From assembly GCA_002256025.1 (NCBI GenBank), contig NKIB01013073.1, positions 44,600 through 64,599 of the forward strand: a DNA stretch of 20,000 nucleotides, in the 5' to 3' direction. The notes beneath the pieces were generated by a model. That model was not told the origin of the DNA. It made no database searches and saw only the letters and a list, made by a program, of their open reading frames with translations. Position 1 is the stretch's first letter, and each line of letters begins with the position of its first letter. The DNA comes from Asterionella formosa. Taxonomy: Eukaryota. Shown here one piece after another: positions 10,412-19,468 of the stretch. The translations under genes and the position numbers were made by a program.

Positions 10412-10762
10412 AATCAATATAGAGAATGAGCAAAGGAGTTGATTGACGAAGGAAAGTTGGAACGAGCAAACTTATTCAATTGCTGAACTTTGAATTATGA
10501 TCGAAGTCTAATTTCCATCACACATTCATCAAAGAATTACGGATGTGTCCTACCGGTAGTATTACATAACATCCATGTACGTACTAGGCTGATGGTCCGT
10601 TGATGTCTGCAATCTGGAATCGGCAAAAAGGGTTCGCGAAGAATGGAATGAGATCAGTTTGTTGCAGTATCTGTTCCTTTTAACCGTTAAACCGTTAGCC
10701 TTCATTTTTGCTCTCCCAATTTCCGAATTTGCTCTGCTGGCTCCTTCTGACAAGTATTCCTC
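10412..10762. promoter_or_regulatory. Compact divergent intergenic region (probable bidirectional promoter) between PGM/PMM and the transporter
   Basis: Head-to-head genes ~350 bp apart, with the palindrome CTACCGGTAG near the middle (10550-10559). Confidence 0.5.
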
Positions 10763-12610
10763 ATGGCATGTCGGACGAAGAAATTATCTCATTATTATTA
10801 TTTAAAACACATGAACGACAGTGGCAAATGTGACCAACATCCCGCAGGAAGCAGCGGCACTGACGACGACGACCTCACCATGACAGCATCTGCCTGGCTC
10901 AAGAAACCCCTCTGGGTCATTCACGAACAAGAAATGCAGCACAGCTCGTCGGTCGAACGACATTTGACGCTCTTGGACCTGTGGTGCATCGGAGTTGGCG
11001 GGACCATTGGATCTGGCATTTTCGTCTTGACTGGATACATTGCTCATCACTATGCAGGACCATCCACGTTCGGGAGTTTTATCATTTCGGGCATGGCAGC
11101 ATCTTGCAGCGCGTTAGCATACGCCGAACTGGCAGGTCGGTTGCCAGTGTCAGGGTCCACGTATTTGTATGCCTACGTCGCTATGGGAGAATTGGCTGCT
11201 GTTGTGGCAGCCGCGTGTTTGACTTTGGAATATGCCGTGTCGGGAGCTGCGGTGGCGAGGAGTTGGGGAGACAAGTGTGTGCTGTGGATCGTGGACCAGT
11301 GGAATATACCCGAGGCAGCCACCTATTTGGACCCAGGCTACGGCATCAACCCAATGGCATTCCTTGTGTCAGCGCTGTCCGTGGCGCTACTACTGGGCGG
11401 TGTAAAGGAGTCAAAGGGAGTATCAAATGCCATTACAAACTTTAAAGTTTTCTTGGTCATATTCATGATTGTTGGGGGCTTTTGCTTCTTCAATACAGAC
11501 AACTTTAAGCCATTGCTACCCTTCGGAACTGCTGGTGTCATGCGTGGGGCTACATCTAGTTTCTTTGGGTACCTGGGGTATGACGAAGTATGCTGCCTAG
11601 CTGGAGAAGCCTTGCATCCACAGCGTGACATGCCGCGAGCAGTCCTTGCCATTATTTCCACAGTCGCCGTATTGTACGTTCTTGCTGCCATCGCCTTGAC
11701 GGGAATGCAACCCTACACGACCATAGATGATACCAGTGCATTCCCTGCTGCGTTTTCATACCACGGTCTGCAATGGGCGGCACAACTCACGGCTGCTGGA
11801 GAAATTGCTACGTTACCAGTCGTGGTGCTCATATCGCTCATGGCGCAACCTCGCCTTCAACAAGCATTGGCCAAGGACGGATTGTTGCCTGGTGTCTTTG
11901 GAAGGGTGGATGAAACAGGAAACTTGAGGGCTGGAACTTGGCTGTCAGGCATTGCGATGACGCTTCTTGCTACTTTTTGTCCTTTTGGAATGTTAGATGA
12001 TTTGATATCGGCAGGGATTTTAGTTGCCTTTTCCATGACGAATGCATGCTTAGTTCTTCTAAGGCATGAATCACCTCCCTCCGATCCGAACTTACTTACC
12101 AATCTGTTATTGTTCTACAATGCTTTGTGTTTTCTGACGAGCATGATGGTGTCGTATGTTCAATCGGGTGCACTTGCAACACTATTTGGTTTTTTTACTC
12201 TACTGACAGCCATGTACTTGTGGTGTCACTGCCCAACATCAACATCCTTTGGAGGATCTATCTATCGATCACCTACATCACACTTGACATATTTCAAAAC
12301 GCCACTGGTTCCGTTCCTACCCTGCCTTGGAACTTTTGTCAATTGGTATCTGATTAGTCAGCTGGAGATGATCGGTCTTTTGCTGTTATTGGTTTACCTT
12401 GGTCTTGCCACAATATACTATTACAGCTACGGTGTCAAACACAGCGTTGGAAATACCACTGGTTGGAGAGGAGGACCGTACGAAGGACTGGCTGATGTGG
12501 ATGCGGATGCGGTGTTGCTGAGAACCATCTCACTACCTAGGGTCAGCCTAACATCGAATCATGAGAAGCTCGACGAGCCTGCAATTCGTGATCTCGGCGA
12601 GTTTTCCTAG
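10763..12610 (+). CDS. Cationic amino acid transporter (APC superfamily, CAT/SLC7-like)
   Basis: 615 aa with many hydrophobic helices. Motifs LERHLTLLDL..IGVGGTIGSGIFVLTG, YAELAGRLPVSGSTY, FFGYLGYDEV, E..HPQRDMP, QPRL..LAKDGLLP, and C-terminal FKTPLVPFLPCLG. The true start could be 10763, 10811 or 10880. Confidence 0.94.
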   Translation: MACRTKKLSHYYYLKHMNDSGKCDQHPAGSSGTDDDDLTMTASAWLKKPLWVIHEQEMQHSSSVERHLTLLDLWCIGVGGTIGSGIFVLTGYIAHHYAGPSTFGSFIISGMAASCSALAYAELAGRLPVSGSTYLYAYVAMGELAAVVAAACLTLEYAVSGAAVARSWGDKCVLWIVDQWNIPEAATYLDPGYGINPMAFLVSALSVALLLGGVKESKGVSNAITNFKVFLVIFMIVGGFCFFNTDNFKPLLPFGTAGVMRGATSSFFGYLGYDEVCCLAGEALHPQRDMPRAVLAIISTVAVLYVLAAIALTGMQPYTTIDDTSAFPAAFSYHGLQWAAQLTAAGEIATLPVVVLISLMAQPRLQQALAKDGLLPGVFGRVDETGNLRAGTWLSGIAMTLLATFCPFGMLDDLISAGILVAFSMTNACLVLLRHESPPSDPNLLTNLLLFYNALCFLTSMMVSYVQSGALATLFGFFTLLTAMYLWCHCPTSTSFGGSIYRSPTSHLTYFKTPLVPFLPCLGTFVNWYLISQLEMIGLLLLLVYLGLATIYYYSYGVKHSVGNTTGWRGGPYEGLADVDADAVLLRTISLPRVSLTSNHEKLDEPAIRDLGEFS

Positions 12611-12854
12611 AAATTCCATGACCCCATTCTCAAGCTATCCTAGGGGACTACCGGTATTTCAACAACGGATTATAGTTGAGCCCAACCATTGTTGACATCA
12701 CGTAAGCCGTCTGTATGTCTACCGCGTCATGTTTCTGCCGCTATTTTCTTCTCGTTTCCTCTCATGATTTCGGTATTTTATTTTGCGAGAGACACAACGT
12801 CAATCAATTTTATCTGACGTCGTTCTTCTTGGCGGACTTGTCAATGGAATCAGC

Positions 12855-13656
12855 ATGCACACTTCATCATTCTTCTTCAGAACAACATTTTTCTGGCGGT
12901 GTGCGTGGATGGCTTTGATGCATCTGACAGTTTTCGTTCAATGCCAACGCCCAAACGGATACAAACCCTCGTTGCCCGCGTTTGCTTCTCCATCTATACC
13001 ACCTCCTCCGTCCATATCCATGCCTGTTTGGTCCCTCGCAAGTCCCATCGGACAGGATACATCCATGAATATTGTTACGTTTGCGATCCCAGTATCGGTG
13101 GCTCCCCCAAAGATCTGGGCTGTTTCGCTGTATTCCAATACGAAAACGCGCACCGCATTTCTTCAGTCCAAGGTGGGGGTGCTGCAACTCTTGACTCCGT
13201 CGATGAAGCATGTCGTGCCTCTATTAGGAAAAAGAAGTGGTTACGAAGAAGGTTATTCAAAGAGAGTCGCATGTGCTAATCTTGGGCAAGAGTGGATACA
13301 ATGTGACGACACACCCAAAGGATCTAGTTGTTTCCCTATGGGGCGAGAATGTAGGTAAGTCGAGGTTTATCCCCTCTGTCCTTTTTCAGGAAAGTGGCTA
13401 CTTGTGGTGCTAAATTATTTTCCCGCTATTATTTATCAGGATTGACCTACTTCCAGGGTGCGCATCGTATCTCCAATTAAAGGTACTGTCTACGCATAGA
13501 GCTGGCGACCATGATGTTGCACTGTGCGAAGTGCTTGCCAGTGGAATGTGGAATGAACATTACAAAACTATTATTCTTGCTGAGGAAGGCCCCAACTTTT
13601 TGGATTCAAAAAATGTTCTTTATTCGGGTCAGTTACGAGACGAAGGCATCATTTAA
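12855..13656 (+). CDS. Flavin reductase-like (FMN-binding split barrel) protein; exons 12855-13354 and 13440-13656 (~238 aa)
   Basis: MNIVTFAIPVSV.PPKIWAVSLY..TKT, LQLL, LGKRSG, and after splicing LLPGCASYLQL..AGDHDVALCEV (GDH motif); ends LRDEGII*. First in-frame ATG is at 12855 (12783 is TTG). The N-terminal extension may be a targeting peptide. Confidence 0.85.
13355..13439 (+). other. Intron (85 nt, phase 2) of the flavin reductase-like gene
   Basis: AG|GTAAGT donor, GCTAA branch-like motif, TTTATCAG|G acceptor; removal restores the frame. Confidence 0.9.
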
Positions 13657-14380
13657 AAATGTGGAATCCGATCGTATACTTGCTTGTTTCCATGAGAAAA
13701 TGCTGAGGGCACACCAAATTCATTGCAAGAGGTCGTTTGTAACTGTAATTGCTGCCAAAAATGATCGTTTATCTGGCAGGGCGGCACTCGCCACCAAAAG
13801 TAGAAAGAATTCTTTGGACGAAATTGGTCATAGCACGACATTTTGTACACCATTTGGAATGATGAATAAATTGTCCCGGGCTCCCCGGTCATGGAATGAT
13901 GGTGTCGTGCAACATTTGGGTTTCTTCTGCCTCTCCGCCTGTTTCAATCACGAATTTGCGTAAATGATGCGAACACCAAACATCGAACATCGACTGCCAC
14001 AGCACCGTTGGTACCGTACCCCTACATACCAGTAACCGCCACCTAATTATATACGGACCGGTACAGTACCAGAGTACCAGTAATCAAATTATTATACCGG
14101 TAACCAGCATCCATTTTCTTACAAATTTACGGGTACTTGAATTTAGTATAGTATAATTAGCATTCTTCGTGAAAAAGAATGCTTGTATTGAATAAAATGA
14201 CTTGAATGTGATTCACTTCTTCAGCTCGCCACTTGTGAACCCAGACAGTAGTAACCTATATCTACTCTGAAGTCCAACAACTGATAAGAGTGGATGATGG
14301 GTAAGGGTGCTAGCAATTAGTATTTACAAGTTAGTTTCTATATACATCAATTCCACTCAATCCCTCATACATGTTGTTAT

Positions 14381-14863
14381 TCATTCTGTGACTGCAATTT
14401 GGTGTGGGCTTCCAAAAAATGACTGCATGGCTTTTCCCGAGCATTTCCGGTCGCGATGCAAACGACGGCACCCACGTTTCACTTCCTCCTCGGGAATATC
14501 CGCAAGGATGTTTCGACGGTCATCAAAACTTAAACGGAGCTCGTGACGAGGCCTGCGACATGGGCATCGCTTTTCCTCATAGTCGTCAATAGAGCAAGTC
14601 TTCTCCTCTGAATAGTCCCAACCCAAACTGACAGGTGGTCCTTCTAAACAACAAGGGTGATCACCGAGAATCTGAGAGTACTCACGAATATGCGTCTCGC
14701 CAAAGCTAACGTTTCGACGCGATGCCGGCTTGGGCGGTTCAGAGAGCTCTATCTCCATCATGGTATCAGATCCTTCCAGTTCCAGGAAGCCCTTTCCTAT
14801 TCTCAAAATAGGCTCTGCAGTCGATAAATCCATGTTTATACGGTCCATTGTCGTTCCTCCCAT
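14381..14863 (-). CDS. Uncharacterised 160 aa protein of a diatom-type family (VSF..IREY..LGDHP.C..GPP.SLGW)
   Basis: Intact ATG-to-stop ORF. The core RRNVSFGETHIREYSQILGDHPCCLEGPPVSLGWDY..SIDDYE..R..L.L...R..IL resembles a multi-copy hypothetical family I recall from diatom proteomes (not verified by search). Confidence 0.8.
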   Translation of the reverse strand: MGGTTMDRINMDLSTAEPILRIGKGFLELEGSDTMMEIELSEPPKPASRRNVSFGETHIREYSQILGDHPCCLEGPPVSLGWDYSEEKTCSIDDYEEKRCPCRRPRHELRLSFDDRRNILADIPEEEVKRGCRRLHRDRKCSGKAMQSFFGSPHQIAVTE

Positions 14864-17364
14864 AATGTCTGATAAGAGGTGAATGACTCAAAGTGGAAGT
14901 GCGCGAAGTTCTGATTTTTGAAAACGGTTCTCAAAAGTTTCAGATATTACAAACTTACACCCTTCTGAACTCCGCTTAGATGATATATTGCCTCAGAGAG
15001 AGGGATCACTCAATGTCTTGCAAACAGAAACAAAGAGGAACTGACAAAAGGGAGCACAATATCGGTGCGTACAGACAATGCGTGATTGTTTTCAAGTTCA
15101 TTAAAAGTGCAGAAGAGTTTTATGTGACCTTTTTTCTAACATGTAGTAGGCTATCGTGTGGAGCACTACATACATCCTGGTATGTCGGATGCAGCGGCGA
15201 TAAATTCCGCTCGTAGACCACTGTGCAAAATGTTGGCAGGACAACGAAAACAGGTCGACGCAGGCAAGGGTCAACGCATGCAGCAAGCAAGCACATCCGG
15301 TACACAAAAAGCGAAATGTGAAAGTGCACAACAAATTGCTGCTGTCGTCATCATCCCAGTCATGCAAAGAAATACAGTAGAATGCATCTTGCATGACCTC
15401 CTGAGCGAACATACTCCGGGTAGGGTGCCCTGTTGGTACCAGTAACTGGTGCTCCCAAAACTCGGGACATCAGTGATTATATACCGATAATTTGTGTACA
15501 GGAAAGGTGAAAGGCATTTTCAGGAGTGCGTTCCGTAAATTCTACAGCATGTCCTTATTTAGACCTCGCAAATAAATTTTGGCGGCTGGCTGGCGGCGAG
15601 ATCTGATACCTGCAGGCGTTTTCATTTGGAATTGACATACCCGTGGGCGGTAAAAGCAAAAAGCAAGGTGCTGCTCTCCTTGGCATACAGTATACCGGTG
15701 AGTTCAAACAAGAAAAAAATTTGTCCCTAAAAGATTTGTTTAACATGACCGATAGGTCTAAATTCCTATTATGAATACAAAGGTCGCCCAATAGATTTTA
15801 TACTAGTATAATGTTGTATAGTATATCAATTTCTGTCAGCCATCTACCGTTGCGGCTTCAACGGACAATTTCTCCTCTCGTCGGAGTTATGAAAAATCAT
15901 TACCGGATCCATTACCACCGGTACATCGACGAGGTCCTTACGAGAATGTACAGATAGCAGTCTAGAAGTAGCCAGCTACCGGTGCATATACTGTACTTAG
16001 GAGGCATTACTTACCGTAAAACCTGGTTTCTCGTATCCCCATACCGGTGCAACGCACCAGTATACCTTTTTACCCCAAGACAATGAGCACCAAGGAGATT
16101 TGGTCACCAAGAGGGAACATTTAAAAGTATACTTACCACTACACCATTTCTCATGGAATTTTGTGTGGGTCAAACTTGTATGTCAAATGATCTCTCGAGA
16201 ATGAATATATTGTTTCCTTGCTGAAAAATTGTGCTTATTTTTTCAACAAGGTTCCCTGGTAGCCTATTTTTCTTGCTTGCACATCAAGGAAGGTTGAGCT
16301 GAACAGCAGAATAGAATCAAACAATTGCTTCTAAAATCTAGTGCTGGAATCAAACCTCACAACCGTACGACAAAGACAAGAACATGATGCTAACCATTAG
16401 GCAATTCCTTCTTCTATCCCATTAAGTTTGGTCCTATGCCTGGGTGCAATTTTTAGAGCCACTGGCTAGACCCCGTATGCCTGCTAGTATTAGCATAACT
16501 CTATCCCAATTGTCAATAATATTTTGCGACTGAATAGGCATGATACAAACACATGTATCATGTTGGTACTATTCTGTTGCTTTTCTCAATAACAGAACAA
16601 CCTCCTGCACCAGTAACTCAATGTTTTGAAATTTCATTCAACAAATTAAATTGTTTTGCTACTGATTTTCTAGTAGTATTTAAAAAAATATTTGAACACA
16701 ACAATAAATCTGTAATTCATATGCGTTGTGGCTGTACAAAGCAATACCTGCCATCGTGTCTTGCTTGATTGCAGAATCCATAAACACTCTTAAGAAGTCA
16801 ACCATGTGTGCAAGCAAGTGACACCAAACCTCTAGTTATTATTGCCATAGCTCACATACCTTGTATTATCATCACCATAGCTCAATCCTGATTCTTGTAT
16901 GTCCATACTGTGTCATCGAAAACATCATCGTCCTCTTCTATTCATCAGCTATTCACTCCCATTGAGATTCTATCAGGATACATGGTACCAGAGTTACCTG
17001 ATGGTGCATCAGATTAGTCTACCTATGTAATACTGGACCACATTCTACTTAAAGCCACCTGCCATCAGCAAAAGTATTCAAATAGTATGCAAGAAGTCAC
17101 ATGATGTACTGTTTGTTACCGCCTACTTCCAGTTAGAAAATATTTATCTCCTCATCCAACCATTGGGACTTTTCCAATGAACAAAATGATGAATTTACTT
17201 TCTTTTGTTGCTTTGTGGTATGAATCAATCTAGTTTGAAGGAGACTATATGGGATGATTGATTTGAGGTAGGAATGCCTTCCAGGAGGTATCCCTACCCT
17301 TGGAGATGCCATAGGTTGTAGGTGTTTGTCAGAATGGATCATTCTTGTCTTCATTGGGAGCTTC

Positions 17365-18813
17365 TCATAAATCCTTATAGGTATCATTGGTACACAATGA
17401 AGCTTTTTTGCTGCCATCTGTACCACCCCACTCCTCTTCCTGGTAGACGAGTTTACATTGAGTCCCCGAAATTTTGGTGGCAAATAGTGCGTAAAAGCCA
17501 ATTCCATAGGTAACACATCTAGCATTGACTGCCAGCATCAAATCGACAAAGGTAGCATAATACGCTGGCGCAGATCGTCCTTTTTGTCGATCAATGTGAG
17601 TATTCTCCATTGACATCTCGCGAGCAACCACATTGATTGGTCCCACTGCCTTCAAGGCTGCCTGATCGATGGGGTTGTCAAAGAGCGTCTTATTTCCCCC
17701 CAGATACTGTGGATCTGTAAGTTCATGAACCATGTAACGGACCAAATCATTCGAATCTGCAAAAAAGTAAATTGGTTCAGATGGCGTGGAGGCAAGTGTT
17801 CTGGCACACATGACAGCATGTGTTGCAATTGAAACCGCAAAGTCTTTTGTTATTCCTAACCAGGGAAGGCCTGTCTTGTCCGCAGGGTAGGATGGATTTT
17901 TCCCTTTCACCGTGGTTCCAAAAGCAGTCGCTTTAGGATGTCGGACACGACAGTGCACCGCTGTATACTGGCCCTTTTTGAGCCCCAAACTTTTGTAAAC
18001 TAGATCTAATGCAGCCTGCACAGGTTCTGATGGCTTGAAGAAGGCACGAAAAATCTTTCCAAAGCTGGGCGTCCAATGAATCATATCCGTCTCCCCTAAA
18101 TCCTGCAATCGTCGTTCCAGTATGTCTTCATTCAAGTGGCCTAAGAGAATATGTCGCAAGACCTTGATATCTTTGAACGCCCCATACCTCGCTCGTTCTA
18201 TACAAATATCCAATTCCGACTCCCAAAACCTTTGTACCGGTCGATCCGAGCGATATCCTTCAAAAAACTCCTTCTGTGACCTCGTTTCTTTAATGTCAGC
18301 AAAGCCCTTGACGTCTATCGGCACCGTCCAATTGAAGGCATTCGGTACCAAAAAGTGTTCTAACTGCTGGGGTCGATCCCATTTAATAAACAGCACTCGT
18401 CTCGTTTGGTTCGCAAGATACAAATCCCAGGGCAATTGTCCCAATCGATCATGAAGCCCACCGCAAAGACCCATACAAACGCGGACAATGACATTTGGTG
18501 CATCAGGATGTTCAAATAGTAACTTGCCCGGATACAGTGCTCTCATTTCATTGTGCCAAGCAATGTAATTGGTAATCCATTGTGGCATACCTTGAGTGCG
18601 GTAACTTGACGTTAGGGAGGCAGCAGCAGCAGCGTGTCCGGGAGAAGGAAAGGATTGCTTTGGTTCAGGAGTTGTATACTGAACAAATACAAGGCAGATT
18701 TGTAGACTGAAGAACGTGACGAAGAAGCATGCCAAAACGGCCTTTACACTTGGGCCTTTTCGTCGTTGCTTGACTCTTCCGTACTCGATAGGTTCATGTT
18801 TTCGCTTCCACAT
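17365..18813 (-). CDS. Type II membrane glycosyltransferase, O-/alpha-fucosyltransferase-like (GT-B fold)
   Basis: 482 aa. Basic N-tail, single TM helix (AVLACFFVTFFSLQICLVFV) and stem. Fucosyltransferase-like motifs CGGLHDRL, YTAVHCRVR (HxR), IYFFADS and FVDLMLA..ARC. Confidence 0.8.
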   Translation of the reverse strand: MWKRKHEPIEYGRVKQRRKGPSVKAVLACFFVTFFSLQICLVFVQYTTPEPKQSFPSPGHAAAAASLTSSYRTQGMPQWITNYIAWHNEMRALYPGKLLFEHPDAPNVIVRVCMGLCGGLHDRLGQLPWDLYLANQTRRVLFIKWDRPQQLEHFLVPNAFNWTVPIDVKGFADIKETRSQKEFFEGYRSDRPVQRFWESELDICIERARYGAFKDIKVLRHILLGHLNEDILERRLQDLGETDMIHWTPSFGKIFRAFFKPSEPVQAALDLVYKSLGLKKGQYTAVHCRVRHPKATAFGTTVKGKNPSYPADKTGLPWLGITKDFAVSIATHAVMCARTLASTPSEPIYFFADSNDLVRYMVHELTDPQYLGGNKTLFDNPIDQAALKAVGPINVVAREMSMENTHIDRQKGRSAPAYYATFVDLMLAVNARCVTYGIGFYALFATKISGTQCKLVYQEEEWGGTDGSKKASLCTNDTYKDL

Positions 18814-18923
18814 GATGTTCTTGTTTGCTAGAAGCAGTGACGGCTAGGAGACAAGAAGACTCGTCATTGTCCATTTGTTTATTTATTCAAAACAGAAAAA
18901 CAATACGAATACACAGCAAGTAC

Positions 18924-18946
18924 AAATAATAAATAAATAAATAAAT
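18924..18946. repeat. (AAAT)n microsatellite
   Basis: AAATAATAAATAAATAAATAAAT upstream of the glycosyltransferase. Confidence 0.7.
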
Positions 18947-19089
18947 ATATACATAGATAAAATTTAGTTCTATTGTGTGGTCGATGAATCCGACGAGGAC
19001 ATGAAAAGTCCTGGTACCTAGTACCTTTTACCATGTACCATGGACCTGGTACCTGTACTGTGATTCATTTCTATACCGGTGTACCGTTC

Positions 19090-19468
19090 TGTTGAAAGGT
19101 CTCGTACTCCTTCCCGTCTGACGGGTTCCTCTTTCGTAGAACTTACCTGCTATACCACTAGTATTGTTATCTTCTTTCTGCTGCTAGCCTTCGTGCTAGT
19201 TTTCGCTATTGACCTTACTCTGTCAATTCTCACTGTTTCTTAATTATAAGATTAAACTAAAACTAAGTTTCAATCCCATTCATCACACTTCGAGAACCTG
19301 TTCTTCGTGTTCCCTTTTCGTTGATGTAAACCTTCTTCTGATTGATCTAAGACATCAATCTCGTTAGCAAGCTTCTTGACATGGGAACGCACCATTTGAC
19401 TCATTGGACTATAATCGAGTCCACAGTCCTTGTGACTCATTATAGCCATTGATGCTATATTCTTGACA
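19090..19468 (-). repeat. Putative 3' LTR of copia element 2 (379 bp)
   Basis: On the minus strand it begins TGTCAAG right after the PPT and ends CCTTTCAACA at 19090 (TG...CA). Candidate TSD is 19085-19089. Confidence 0.7.

Noticed and set aside
7526..12357. Numerous short alternative-frame or antisense ORFs within UTP7, PGM/PMM and the transporter
   Set aside because: Shadow ORFs of well-supported genes, with no independent evidence.
12815..12820. TGACGT (bZIP/aureochrome-type box) upstream of the flavin reductase-like gene
   Set aside because: A single hexamer is expected by chance, with no supporting cluster.
13511..13963. 150 aa plus-strand ORF
   Set aside because: Overlaps flavin reductase exon 2 out of frame; no recognisable motifs.
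14980..15791. Several 70-100 aa ORFs on both strands
   Set aside because: Mutually overlapping, no motifs, composition typical of chance ORFs.
16041..16063. GTGCAACGCAC hairpin resembling a Helitron 3' end
   Set aside because: No CTRR terminus at the expected ~10-15 nt distance on either strand.
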